A DNA stretch of 64,000 bases from Octopus vulgaris (Eukaryota). This document shows positions 24,437 through 38,459 of the stretch, one piece after another. The notes beneath the pieces are model-generated. The model did not search any database and was not told the origin of the DNA. It was given only the letters and a program-made list of their open reading frames with translations. Numbering within the stretch: the stretch's first letter is position 1; each line of letters opens with the position of its first letter. Made by a program: the position numbers and the translations under genes. The DNA lies in NCBI GenBank assembly GCA_951406725.2, contig OX597814.1, forward strand, positions 107,632,001-107,696,000, written 5' to 3'.

Positions 24437-26248
24437 CATAGAGGTATCAAGCTCTTGGATCAGGTAATGAAGGTCACGGAGAGGATCATAGCCCAACTAA
24501 TTAGGGAAAGAGTAAGTTTGGATGAGATGCAGTTTGGTTTCGTGCCAGGGAAAAGCACCACTGATACCATATTTCTGGTTAGACAGCTGCAGGAGAAATA
24601 CCTAGCCAAAGATAAGCCCCTGTACCTGGCTTTCGTTGACATGGAGAAAGCCTTCGACAGGGTCCCCCGATCCCTTATCTGGTGGTCAATGAGGAAACTA
24701 GGGATAGATGAATGGTTAGTGAGAGCCATGTACAGGGACGCTGTCAATAAGGTGAGGGCTGGCAGCGAGTACAGTGAAGAATTCCGGGTAGAGGTAGGGG
24801 TCCACCAAGGTTCAGTCCTCGGCCCCATCCTATTTATCATAGTCCTCCGGGCAATAACGGAGGAATTCAAGACAGGATGCCCCTGTGAGCTCCTCTATGC
24901 TGATGACCTTGCTCTAATTGCTGAGTCACTATCAGAACTAGAGGAGAAGTTTCAAGTGTGGAAACAAGGATTAGAATCGAAGGGCCTTAGAGTCAACCTA
25001 GCTAAAACCAAAGTCCTAATATGTAGGAAGGCAGGCAAACCACAAATCCCTTCAGGTAGATGGCCCTGCTCAATCTGTAGAAAAGGCGTAGGTAGAAACT
25101 CTATAAGAGGTACCCAGTGTAAGCTATGGACACATAAGAGGTGCAGTAATATCAAAGGAAGGCTAACTGGGAAGATAGTTTTTGTATGTGGCAGATGCTC
25201 AGGAGCAATAAACACTGAAAATGTGCAGAGAACAACTTCCGCCACATTCCAGGGAGAAAAACTAGAAGTAGTGGATAGCTTCCGTTACCTAGGTGACCAA
25301 GTCAGTAGCGGGGAGTGGGTGTGCTGAAAGTGTAACAGCTAGAGTAAGAATAGCCTAGGTAAAGTTCAGAGAGCTCTTACCTCTGCTGGTGACAAAAGGC
25401 CTCTCGCTCAGAGTAAAAGGCAGACTATGACGCATGTGTACAAACAGCCATGTTACATGGCAGTGAAACATGGGCCGTGACTGCTGAGGATGTGCGTAAG
25501 CTCGCAAGAAATGAAGCCAGTATGCTCCGATGGATGTGTAATGTCAGTGTTCATACTCGACAGAGTGTAAGTACCTTGAGAGAAAAGTTGGACCTAAGAA
25601 GCATCAGTTGTAGTGTGCAAGAGAGACGATTGTGCTGGTATGGTCACGTAGCGAGAATAGATGAAGATACTTGTGTGAAAAAGTACCACACCCTAGCGGT
25701 TGAGGGAACCTGTGGAAGAGGTAGACCTAGGAAGACCTGGGATGAGGTAGTGAAGCATGACCTTTGAACATTAGGTCTCACTGAGGCAATGACTAGTGAC
25801 CGAGACCTTTGGAAGTATGCTGTGCGTGAGAAAACCCGGCAGGACAAGTGAGACCATAATCCATGGCCTCTACCTGGGATGTAGCCAGCCCACTTATGCA
25901 TACCTTTCCTTCTTGGGACCGAAAACTCTGCTTCCGAAGACATGTTGAGGCAAGTGAAATCGGAATCGAAATCAAAATCGCTCAAAAATCAATGGAAATT
26001 GTAGCTGTGGTACCAGTGCCGGTGGCACGTAAAAGAACCATCCGAATATGGCCGTTGCCAGCCTCGCCTGGCACGTAAAAGGCACCCACTACACTCATGG
26101 AGTGGTTGGCGTTAGGAAGGGCATCCAGCTGTAAAAACACTGCCAGATCAGACTGGGCCTGGTGCAGCCTCCTGGCTTCCCAGACCCCAGTCGAACCGTC
26201 CAACCCATGCTAGCATGGAAAGCAGACGTTAAACGATGATGATGATAT
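24437..26248 (+). mobile_element. RTE-clade LINE, 5' truncated (RT ORF 24434-25327, disrupted C-terminus, 3' UTR, (GAT)n tail)
   Basis: QFGFVPGKSTTD, FVDMEKAFDRV, GVHQGSVLGP, LLYADD; C-terminal GRPRKTW; tail AAACGATGATGATG. Confidence 0.93.
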
Positions 26249-26325
26249 CATGATATATATATATATATAATGATATATATATATGTGTGCGTGTAAGTAT
26301 ATATGTATATGTAAGTATATATATG

Positions 26326-26356
<31 letters not shown>

Positions 26357-26821
26357 GTATGTATGAATGTATGTATGTATATTATATACACTTAGAAAGG
26401 AAGAAAGTGAGAGAGAGGGCGAGAGAGAGGGAGGGAGAGATACACAGATGTGTCTCCATTCAGTCAGCTCGTTTTATCTAATTAATAAAGTAAGTCTTTA
26501 TTACATTTCATTATCTCCCTCCCCCTCTCCACCCACGCCCACCCCACACCAATATCCTTCCATTCCTTCCAGGGAAACAACAGACCAATATTTCCACCTC
26601 CTTTCTTTTACAACACACAATCTTGCATTTATTTACTTAGCCACCCCCTCTCTCTCTACCCCTCGCCGCGCACACACATAACACCATCCCCTCCACCCGC
26701 ACAACCACCCGTTTTTCCTTTCGTTTTTTTTATTTTAATTTTTCTTTTTTTTTATTGTTTTATTTTTGCCCAACCATCTTTCATTGTTACCTGTCCTTTT
26801 GTCTCTCGCTGTTGCCCATAG

Positions 26822-26872
26822 CAACAAGTTTTCTCGGGGACGGTGGGGGGACCGAATTGGGGGGGTGTATGG
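26822..26872 (+). other. Candidate 51-nt cassette exon of an unidentified gene
   Basis: About 100-nt pyrimidine-rich tract ending CCCATAG, donor GG/GTAAGG, length divisible by 3, open in all frames; no protein match recognised. Confidence 0.3.
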
Positions 26873-26989
26873 GTAAGGGTGGATGGGGTGGGGGTGTCAA
26901 CTTGCGTTGCATTTCGTGTCGCTGGCTTTGTGTGAGTGTCTCGAGCACAGTTGAAGGGGCATAACTCTAATGTTGATCTCAGAATGTGC

Positions 26990-27480
26990 AGGGTGCTGCC
27001 AACAGTTGCTGTCCTGCTGCTGTTGATGCTGCTGCTGCTGCCGCTGCTGCTCTTCTTACTGCTATGGCTGTTGTTGTTGTTGTTGCTGCTGCTGTTGTCG
27101 TTGCTACTGCTGATGCTCCTATAATTGCTGTTGTTGTTGCTATTGGTGGTGATGTGGAGGATGGCGGTGCTGGTGGTGCTGGTGGTGGTAGGTGGTGGTG
27201 ATGTGGAGGATGGCGGTGCTGGTGGTGGTAGGTAGTGGCGATGGTGGTGGTGGTGGTGAAGGTGGTGGTGGTGGTGGTAGTGGTGGTGGTCGTGGTGATA
27301 GTGGTGGTGGTGGTGATATGTGATGGTGGTGGCGATGGTGGTGGTGGTGGTTGTGTTGGTGGTAGTGGTCGTGGTGGTAGTGGTGTTGGTGGTGGTGGTG
27401 GTGGTGGTGGTGGTAGTAATAGTTGTGGTAGTGATGGTGTTGTTGGTGTTGTTGGTGTTGTTGGTGTTGCTGGTGGTATT
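26990..27480. repeat. GC-rich compound trinucleotide tract (GCT/GTT/GGT)
   Basis: Direct reading; includes a 34-bp duplication at 27144 and 27195. Confidence 0.9.
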
Positions 27481-28351
27481 AGGACTGGCGGGATGTAATT
27501 GCGATTTGCCAAAGTGCACCACAACAAAAATAACAACAACGTTAGAACTGCCTGTGTTTGTTTTTGTTTTTCTTTGTTGCAGTTTATTGTAAGAACTGCA
27601 AAAGTGCAGCAGCAGTACCAACCAACGTGGTGCCCTGCAGGTATTGCAGTGTCTTTGATGCTAAAAGCCGAACCACAAGAACCGAAATGGCTACAGACTT
27701 AGTAGTAGTAGTAGTAGTAGTAGCAGTAGCAGTAGTGGTGGTGGTGGTGGTGGTAGTAGTAGTAGTAATATTAGTAGTAACACATTCGAAGTGTTCCTAG
27801 TGGAACGGGGGGGGGGAATTCATTTGAACAGCGACAACAACAGCAACAACATTTACAGAAATATAAAGAAATAAGAAATCAAAACCGAAAAGAAAAAAAA
27901 ATTGATACAGACATAACCAAAGACCTTCACATTACATTATGATGATAATGATGATAATGATGATGATGACGACGACGACGATGCTGCTGCTGCTGCTGAT
28001 GACGACGACGACGATGATGACAATGACAACAATAATAGTTTTTTCTACTCTAGGCTGAAGGCCCAAAACTTTTGGGGGAGGGGGAAGGCAGTCAATTAGA
28101 TTGACCTCAGTACGCAACTGGTACTTAATTTATCGAACCACAACCCCTGAAAGGTTGAAAGGCAAAGTCAACCCTGACAGAATTGATGACAATAAAAATG
28201 GCAATGTGATGGTGATGGTGATGATGATGTGATGATGGTGATGGTGATGATGATAATGATGATAATAATTAAGATAATGGTAATGATGATGATGATGGTG
28301 ATGACTCACCTGGCAGTTATTCACGGCCCCTGTTTTTTTAATTCATATATC

Positions 28352-29040
28352 TTTTGTCTTTTACTTATTTCAGTTATTGGATTGTGGCCATGCTGGGGCA
28401 CCGCCTTCAAGAATTTTCTAGTAGGAAGAATCAACCCCAGTGTTTATTGTTGTCTCAAATTCGATCATTATTATATTATTCTCTTCAGTTGAACCGCTAA
28501 GTTACAACGATGTGAAAACACTACCACAAGCAGTGGAGAGGGATAAACAGACACACACACATATACTCAAATATATGTACGACAGGCTTCATTTAGTTTC
28601 CATCTACCAGATCCACTCACAAAGCTTTGGTTGGCCCGAGGCTATAGTAGAAAACACTTGCCCAAGGTGCCATGCAGTGGGACTGAACCCAGAAATTGGT
28701 GATTGGGAATCAAACTTCTTACCATATATATCTTTGCGCAGGAGTGGCTGTGTGGTAAATAGCTTGCTAACCAATCACATGGTTCCAGGTTCAGTCCCAC
28801 TGCATGGCGCCTTGGGCAAGTGTCTTCTACTATAGCCTCAGGCCAACCAAAGCCTTGTGAGTGGATTTGGTAGATGGAAACTGAAAGAAGCCCATATATA
28901 TGTGTGTGTGTGTGTGTGTATGTACATATTAATAATAATTACAATGACAGAGAATATGGAGACAGGTACATCCTCAAAATTCATTTCCTTTAAAAAACGG
29001 TGGTGCATCAGCATGGCCACAGCTATGAGCTGAAACTACA
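28352..29040. mobile_element. Head-to-head pair of major SINE (28352-28725 minus, 28736-29040 plus, interrupted)
   Basis: Match to family consensus. Confidence 0.8.
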
Positions 29041-29121
29041 GCAAAAAAAAAAAATATATGTTTACATATATGTAGATATATGAATATGCATATACATGTA
29101 TGTACAGATATATATGTGTGT

Positions 29122-29650
29122 GTCATCATCATCATCATCATTGTTTAATGTCCATTTTCCATGCTGACATGGGTGGACGGTTCAACTGGAATCTGGGAAG
29201 CCAGGAGGCTGCACCAGGCTCCAGTCTGATCTGCCAGTGTTTCTACAGCTGGATGCCCTTCCTAACGCCAACCACTCCAAGAGTCCCACTGGCACAGGGA
29301 CCAGAGGAGTTGGTATCAACCACGATCGGATGGTGGTTTTTACGTTCCACTGGCACGGAATCCAGTCGAAACAGCACTGGCATTGGCCACATTCGGATGG
29401 TGCATTTTACATGCTTCTGGCACAGGGGTCACACTACAATTTCCATTTGATTTGATTTTGATATTGATGTTGATGTACTTGACTTTATATGTCTCCTCAA
29501 GCACAACATGTCGCCCACTTTTGAGTGGGCTGGTTATGCGACACTGGTGTAGGTTACAGCCGTGGACTCACTTTATTTGCCAGGTCTTCTCAGTCACAGC
29601 ATACCTCCAGAGGTCTTGGTTTTTTGTCATTGCCTCTGTGAGGCTCAATG
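29122..29650 (-). mobile_element. RTE 3' fragment
   Basis: (CAT)n, conserved terminus, ORF end. Confidence 0.85.
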
Positions 29651-29842
29651 TTTGTGTGTGTTGTGGATGGGAATAAAAGTATAGTTGAATTGATCGACCC
29701 CAGTAAATAACTGGTATATATTTATTCAATCCAGACGTTCAATGCAGAAGGAACATTGATTTTAACATGAGACAAAGGGACATAACTGACATACCACCCT
29801 AGCACAGTGAAATTATTGAAAAGATATGCATACATATTGTTG

Positions 29843-30464
29843 CAGGCATCGCTGTGTGGTAAGAAATTTATTTCCCAAACACACGGTTCAAGGTTCAGTC
29901 CCACTGCATGGCACCTTGGGCAAGTGTCTTCTACTACAGCCTTGGGCCAACCAAAACCATGTGAGTGGATTTGGTAGATGGAAACTGATAGAAGCCCATC
30001 ATGTGTGTGTGTGTATGTGTGTGCACGCACGCGCGTGTGTGTGTGTTCATGTCTGTGTTTGTCCCCAGCACTGATTGATGGCCAGTGTTGGTGTGTTTAC
30101 GTCCACGTATCTTAGTGGTTCAGCAAAATGAACTGATAGAATTAATACCAGGCTTAAAAAGTAATTAAGTCCTGGGCTTGATTCATTTGCCTAAATTTCT
30201 TCATGGCGGTGCCCCAGCATGGCCACAGACTAATGACTGAAACAAGTAAAAGATGGACAAAAAGGTAGGTTGAGAAAAGACGTGTGTGTGTGTGTGTGTA
30301 GATGCAGGTGTGACTTTGTGGTAAGAAGTTTGCTTCCCACACTCATGGTTCCTGGTTCAGTCCCACTGCGTGACACCTAGGACAAGTGTGTCCTACTAAA
30401 GCCTCAGGCCGAACAAACCTTTCAAAGTGGATTTACTAACCAGAAACTGAAAGAAGCTTGTCGT
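29843..30464 (+). mobile_element. Major SINE, full copy plus tandem 5' half
   Basis: 29843-30252 and 30303-30464 match consensus. Confidence 0.85.
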
Positions 30465-30465
30465 A

Positions 30466-31236
30466 CATGTGTGTGTGTGTATATGTGTTTGTGTGAGTAT
30501 GTGCACGTTTATGTATGTGTATGAATGTGTTTGTGTATGAATGTGTGTGTGTGTATGAATGTGTGTGTGTGTATGAATGTGTGTGTGTATGAATGTGTGT
30601 GTGTGTGCACACATGTGTGCATGCATACATGTGTGTGTATATGTGTATGTATGTGTGTGTATATGTGTGTATGTATGTGTGTGTGAATGCATGCGTGTAT
30701 GCAGGTATGTGTGTGTATGTATGCGTGTGTGCAGGTGCAAGTGTGTATGCATATGTGTGCATGTGTGTGTGCAGATATGAAATTATTTTCACACACACAA
30801 GATAATATATACATATATATATATATGACATGTGTGTATGCATATACATATCTGTGTGTGCAGGATATAACTTAATGGACTTTCTGTCCCTTCTCCTTGC
30901 TTCACTCATTGGATTGCAGCCTTGAATGGTTTCAGCCAAATCAACCCCCAATCCTTATTTTGTCTTCATGCTTTGGTTACCTATTCTATTGGTCACCTTC
31001 TTACCAGACTGCTAATTAGCAGGGACATAAACAAACCAACACCAACTGTCAAGCAGTGGTGGGGGCCAAACACAGACACGGACTAGAAGCTCATTAGAAA
31101 GTAAAATATAATCCATAAAGCAAAACAAAGATACATTTTAATACATCTCTCTCTCCCTCTCCCCATCCCCCCTCTCTCTCTATATATATATATATACATA
31201 CGCATACATATATGCATGTATATATATGTACATATA

Positions 31237-31302
<66 letters not shown>

Positions 31303-31455
31303 GATAGATAGATAGATAGATACATAGATAGATAGATTAGATACATAGATAGATAGATAGATATAGATATAGATATATATAGTTATTATTATTATATATA
31401 TATATATATGAATATATATATATAGATATATACACACACACATATATATATATAC
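30466..31455. repeat. Compound (TG)/(TA)/(GATA) microsatellite zone
   Basis: Direct reading; short SINE remnant at about 30950-31080. Confidence 0.9.
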
Positions 31456-31464
31456 CTATATCTA

Positions 31465-31858
31465 TAGGTGCAGGAGTGGCTGTGTGGTAAGAAGTTTGCT
31501 TTCCAACCACATGGTCTCGGGTTCAGTCCCACAGTGTGCTACCTTTGGTAAGAGTCTTCTACTAGAGCCTTGGGATGACCAAAGCTTTGTGAGTGGATTT
31601 CATAGACGGAAACTGAAAGAAGCCCATCATATGTATATATATATATGTATGTATATGTGTGTGTGTCTGTGTTTGTCACCCCACCATCGCTTGACAACTG
31701 ACATTGGTGTGTTTACGTCCCCATAAATTAGTGGTTTGGCAAAAGAGACCAATAGAATAAGTACTAGGCTTACGAAGAATAAGTCCTGGGGTCAAATTGT
31801 TCAACTAATGATGGTGCTCCAGCATGGCCAAAGTCAAATGAGTGAAACAAGAAAAAGA
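31465..31858 (+). mobile_element. Major SINE
   Basis: Match to family consensus. Confidence 0.85.
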
Positions 31859-31975
31859 GCAAATATATATATATATACATACATACATGCATATATATAC
31901 ACACACACACACATATATGTATGTGCATATACATACATATATACATATGTACATACATATATGTATGTATATATG

Positions 31976-32008
<33 letters not shown>

Positions 32009-32241
32009 TCACACACACACAAATGCTCAAAATGCCAACAACTGATTAAGGGTCATTCTTTATGTTGTTTGTTTTATTTTCCATTTGTGTCTTTCGTTAT
32101 TCGAAAGAATAATTCATGTTCTATGTACTTGTGCTTTGTACTTTTTTGTTGTACACGTTTTGTGATGTCCTGTGTCCACATATGCATATATATACATATA
32201 CATATAAATGTAAATAAGTACGTATACGTATGTATATACGC

Positions 32242-32313
<72 letters not shown>

Positions 32314-32506
32314 TGTATAAGTATAGATGTATATGTAAGGATATATATGTGTGTGTGTGTGTGTAGCCGTTACATCACCAGAATTAATATAAACGAAAGA
32401 CAGAAGTTGTGCTGACGACATGTTGACTGTGTTTGTCAAGTGTTTTCAGTTTGGCTTTTTTTTAAAACAAGAATTTGCAATATTTTTGTTTTGGTTTCCA
32501 TCAAAG

Positions 32507-32638
32507 ATGCACTAGTAACACAGTCTGCTGTTGACACCACGCACCACTCCAGAATTGCTGTTTGCCCCCCAACCCCCACCCTCGGCTCCGCCACCGTCCC
32601 ACTTCATTGCCCTGTTGTTGTTGTTGGTCAGAGTGTAG
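32507..32638 (+). other. Candidate 132-nt exon of an unidentified gene
   Basis: TTTTGTTTTGGTTTCCATCAAAG acceptor, TAG/GTGAGG donor, open phase 1-1 frame (DALVTQSAVDTTHHSRIAVCPP..); no protein match recognised. Confidence 0.22.
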
Positions 32639-33004
32639 GTGAGGGGGAAGAAGGATGGTTCAATGATGTCTCTTTGTGATGCTGGTCTGGTGGTTTTGTA
32701 TTTAGTGCAAAGTGACAATCGTATATAAACGAGCAAAGCTAATTAACTACGGAAGTAATGTTATATATTGTCCCATTTAATGGAATGAGCGCACTTAAAC
32801 ACACACCTGTTTGCACTCAGTTTGCATAGGTGCACACAATTTTTTGCTTTTGTGCATTTTTTTAATTGTTCGTTACCCCCCCTCTTCCCGAATATAATAC
32901 AAAATTAATGAAAGAAGCAATAATGCATCTTATCTTTTTCCTTTTTCATTTCCTCCACTGCTTTAGTCACAGCTTACAAAATGTGTGTGGGGGGGATAGA
33001 GGGG

Positions 33005-33139
33005 GAATGTATGGGTGTGTGTATGTATATATGTATGTATCTATGCATATGTATTATGTATATATGTGTGTGTATGTGAGTGTGTCGGTGTGTATATGTG
33101 TATATGTATGTATATATGTATGTATGCATATGTATTACG

Positions 33140-33205
<66 letters not shown>

Positions 33206-33219
33206 GTATGTATGTATAC

Positions 33220-33250
<31 letters not shown>

Positions 33251-33766
33251 TATATATACACACACACACACACTTAATATATATATACACACATACATAC
33301 ATTCATATATACATACATAATATATATGTATACGTATATGTATATATATATATATATATAAAAACATTAGTGGATCATACATTTCTCTCTCTTACTACAT
33401 ATCTATATGTATATATATTATATACATAATATATATGCATACATGTATACATACATACATACACACACTCATACATTCACACACACACACACACATACAT
33501 GCATATACATCCATGATACACATACATACATGATATATATATATAATTATATATATATATATATATATATATCATACCTATATATACATATACATATATA
33601 CATGCATGTATTTATATATGTATGTATGTTATGTTTGTATATATGTATGTGTGTATGTATATACAAATATATGTTGCTTCAAGCTCTTCTGTGTGTCTGT
33701 GTGTCCTATACATTGCATGTGTATTGTATGTACATACATGCATGCATGCATACATACATACATACA

Positions 33767-33836
<70 letters not shown>

Positions 33837-33865
33837 TATGTGTGTATATGTTTGTGTATATAATA
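33005..33865. repeat. Compound (TA)/(TATG)/(CA) microsatellite
   Basis: Direct reading. Confidence 0.95.
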
Positions 33866-34530
33866 TAAAGAGCATTAATGGCTAATACAGACCGTATCAT
33901 TAGCAGGGAAATACCGTACGCAGTGAAATAACCATTAATTACTGTACATAAGCTGCACATAAACTGCACCGAAGCTGCACACATAACGTACGATGCAGTT
34001 TTTTCCTTTTTTGTTGTATAATATTCTGCATTTCTGCGCTGGTTTTGTGCTACCTTACTATGCCTGTTGCAGCTGCACAATTCTCTCTCTGCTTCTTGTA
34101 ATTTGTTGCATCTATATTGCATCTGTTACAGCACGTGGCCCAGCGGCTGGCGTACGGCACTCACGATCGATAGAGCATCGATTCAATTACGGGGCCAGGC
34201 AGCATTTTGTGTTCTTGAGCAAGACTCTTCATTTCACATTGCCAGTGGGTGACCCTGCAATTGGTTAGCCTTCCTAACCAACAGGGGTCTTGACCTGTTC
34301 ACCTAGCCAGTGGGGTGGCGTCATCTGAAAACTAAAATCGATGTAAAGCGCATTGTGACCAGTGATGTATAACAACATCTGATATTCTGGCTGATACTGT
34401 GATATTGCAACTATATTGGATATATGCTGCAACTATTGTGCATTTTATTGCATTTATATTGCATCTGTTCTCAGTAAGGAGGTTTGTCTTTGTTGTTAGG
34501 AAAAATGAAGAAAAGGCCAAAGTGTTTTGT

Positions 34531-34576
<46 letters not shown>

Positions 34577-34973
34577 TGCAAGCATGCCTGTTTGTGTATG
34601 TGTGTGTTTTTTTTGTATATCTGTGTGAGTATGTAGTGTGTGTGTGTGTGTGTGTCTGCATATGTAGGTAAGTCACCATTGTCATCATCATCATCATGAA
34701 CATCATTATCGTCATCCTTTAACATCCATTTTCTATGCGGGAAGGTATGACGTTGGAAGGTATGATAGGAGCTGGTAAGGCCAGAGGGCTGTGGCAAGCT
34801 TTGTTGCCTGTCTTGGCATGGCTTCTACAGCTGAATGCCCTTCCTAATGCCAACCACTTTAGAGAGTGTATTGGGTGCTTTTTACGTGGCACCGGCACCA
34901 ACAGGGTCACCCAGTAATTTGCAAGACAAGAGAAAGCTTCCTCAACTGGGAAGAGGAGTAGAATTGGGAAAAG

Positions 34974-36000
34974 TATCAGGTCATCCCATAAATTCTGTCC
35001 AAATTTTGAATAAAGAAAACAAGTTATCAAATATTTATATTTAATTGAAATTTAATCATCAATGTACTTTCCCTGATTATGTATGACTTCCTTCAATCTT
35101 TTTACAAGCTTTTTAATCCCATCAATGTAAAACTCTTTTGATTTCAAAGCGAAGAACTCTGAAATGTCAGTTTCAACCTTCTCCTGGTTTGCGAAAGTTA
35201 TGTCCCCCAAATGATTCTGTAAACTACAAAACAAATGGTATCCTGAAGGAGCAAGGTCAGGAGAATAAGAAGTATGAGGATTTTTTCCCAACAAAGCTCT
35301 TCGATCTTCTGTGATGTGAAACAATGTGGGGTCACACATTGTTTTGATGAAACATCATTCCTTTTCGATTCACTAAAGCAGGTCTTTTTTTCTTCAAAAC
35401 TTGGTTCAAATACTCTAATTGCTGACAGTAGACTTGAGCATTGATTGTTGCATTAGGTGATAACAATTCAAAGTGAATTACTCCTTTGCAATCCCACCAG
35501 ATAGAGAGAAGAACCTTTTTCCACGAAGTTCCCTTTTCAGTTGTGGTTGAGCTTTTTCCCTTTTACCAAGCCACTGTTTATGACATTTAACATTTCGATA
35601 GAAGATCCGTTTTTCATCACTAGTCACATGTCTATCCAAAAAGGGTGAAATGAGTTCACAAGAATGGAGAGGAGAGCAGATGTCAATTTGGGATTTGCGG
35701 TTACTTTCAGACAGTTCATGAGGCACCCATTTTCCAAGTTTAGGAACCTTTCCAAGTTGTTGAAGATGACGATCAATGGTTGTATGGTTTGAACTAAGCT
35801 TTATTGCCAATTCTCCAACTGATAATGCAGGATTTTCTTCCAGTAACGCCTAAAGGCGCTTATCATCAAACTCAACTGGATGTCCTGTTCGATCTACATC
35901 TTCTAGGCTGAAATCTCCACTTCTGAATTTTGCAAATCATCTTCTGCAAGTTCTTTCATTCAAGCATTCTTTCCCATAAACTGAGTGTATGTTTCAAGTC
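34974..36000 (-). mobile_element. Mariner transposon, same family, 5' end missing
   Basis: TIR TATCAGGTCATCCCATAAATTCTGTCC; WVPHEL, TSDEKRIFY, SPDLAPSGYHLF. Confidence 0.92.
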
Positions 36001-36304
36001 ACTGTATGTATTGATCAAAACTTTGGGTTTCACATTAACCAATTATTCAAACTATTGAGGAAGAGAAGTAGAGGATGACAATATGTGAGTAAAAATATTT
36101 GGAGACATTGCAATATGAGTGAAAAATAAGCTGAGATTTGATTGGTTGATGAAAATAACGAGAAAACGTGTATACAATTGTTTTGTGCAGAATACAAAGT
36201 GCATGCATTTATTCTTGTGCGTGGGAAATTCTTGTGTTCAGTTTCATATGTATAAATCACATATAAGCAAAGAAGTTGGCCAATGTTAATGACAGGGTTG
36301 TTAA

Positions 36305-37080
36305 ACATCATCATCATCATCACCGCTTAACATCCGCTTTCCATGCTGGCATGGGTTGGATGGTTTGATTGGGGAGTGGCAATCCACGAAGCTCCAGTCT
36401 GATCTGGCAAGCTTTCTGCAGCTGGATGTCCTTCCTAATGACAACCACTCCGAGAGTGTAGTGGGTGCTTTTTGCATGCCACCAGCACAGGAGCCAGTCA
36501 GGGAGGGAGGATTGATATCAACCGAAGCTGTATTAAGACCAAAAGACAATCCATGAAGATTGTCTCTCCATCTTAATGTGCATGTTTTGATAGAAAAACA
36601 AAAACTATGGTATTCGTCATGAGAGATTCTCTCACCATCATCATCATCATTGTTTAACATCCGTTTTCCATGCATGGGTTGGATGGTTTGACCGGGGTCT
36701 TGGAAGCCAGGAGGCTGCACTAGGCTCCAGTCTGATCTGGCAGTGTTTCTACAGCTGGATGCCCTTCCTAACGCCAACCACTCCGTGAGTGTAGTGGGTG
36801 CTTTTTACGTGCCACCAGCACAGATGCCAGGGGAGGCTGGCAGCGGCCACGATCGGTTGGTGCTTTTTATGTGCCACTGGCACAGGTATCACAACTACAA
36901 TTTCCATTTGATTTTTATTTTGATGTTGATGCACTTGACTCAATAGGTCTCCTCAAGCACAGCAGGTCACGTACCACAGGCACAGAAGTCAGTCAGCGCG
37001 GCACTGGCATCGGCCACATTCGGATGGTGCTTTTTACATGCCACTGGCACAGGTATCACAACTACAATTTCCATTTGATA
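36305..37080 (-). mobile_element. Two RTE 3' fragments (about 36305-36520 and 36635-37080)
   Basis: Each begins with (CAT)n and the conserved RTE terminus; further decayed tails at about 15.2-15.45, 19.4-19.6, 34.7-34.96, 39.04-39.3 and 51.9-52.15 kb. Confidence 0.8.
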
Positions 37081-38241
37081 TATGGACGCATAGTGTATAA
37101 AAGCAAAGCCTTCTGGCTATTTGCAACATCAGTGCCCAAAAAGGCCCTGTAATTCTATATATCATTGGCAGTGAAATTTGGCTGATATACAGTGAGTGGA
37201 TACCTATCACTGAAGAGACGCAGTACATTGAAATCACGTGATCTGACAGTTCCAGCACTCATAGCAGACAATTTTCTTCAACCAGAGATATAAATATGTG
37301 TTCTTTTATGCACAATGCATCCATTTGGCAGGATCTCTCGAAACAAATACCACAGTATTTGGCATTAAGCCATATCCATTCTGAAGGAAATACACTATTT
37401 TAATTAGTTGGTTGTAACAAGTTCCTTGGTAATTAGTTTAATTAAGAAATTGTTTGACTATACGGCACTTTATTACAATGGCGCTTTAAAAACAAAGGAT
37501 TCAAAGACAGAATATTTTACATTCAGAACAATCCAAATATTCAGAAATGCAAAAAAAAAAAATTTAATTAAATGATATATGGTACAAGCCTCGTTATAGT
37601 TTCTGTTTTCTTGCTGTTGGGATTTTCTTAAACTCCATAAAGAACCAGTTCACAATAGACTTTTTCACGTAAGCTAATAAACTTTGTTGCTTAGATGACC
37701 AGTAAAAATGGAAGAAACATTTTCTGTAAAACAGACAAAACTCATATTCTCCTCTATGTAATGTTAACAATCATCATATCTTCTCTCTCTATAGAATGCA
37801 TCTGTCTAAAACTTTGGCCTATTGAGTTATGGTTTCTCTTCACAAATAATAGTGAAACACTGATGAACACCACAGAACAACTTCCACCACCACCACCACC
37901 ACTGCCTCATTTATATACAAAACAAGCTTTTTCCAGTTCTGTCAACCAAACCCACTCACAAGGCTATTGTAGAAGACACTTGCCTCAGGTGCCACACAGC
38001 AGGACTGAACCCGAAACCATGTGGTTGGGAAACAAACTTTTTATCCCCACAGTGAAAAGCTGAATGTAAGTTGGAGAAGAACAGGAAGTAAATTAGCTTG
38101 TCTCTGTTAACCTGTATTTAACCTGTGAATGTTCACTTACACAATTGAACTTAGCTAAGTTTGGCAGTTGAATGTGGCTAAGTTTGGCAGTTGACCCTCA
38201 CAAATTTCTAAGGATCAATGCTGAGAACAATGGAAAAAATG

Positions 38242-38405
38242 TAGGCGTAGGAGTGGCTGTGTGGTAAGTAGCATGCTTACCAACGACATGGTTCTGGGTT
38301 CAGTCTCACTGCGTGGCACCTTGGGCAAGTGTCTTCTACTATAGCCTCAGGCTGACCAAAGCCTTGTGAGTGGATTTGGTAGACAGAAACTGAAAGAAGC
38401 CCATC

Positions 38406-38459
<54 letters not shown>

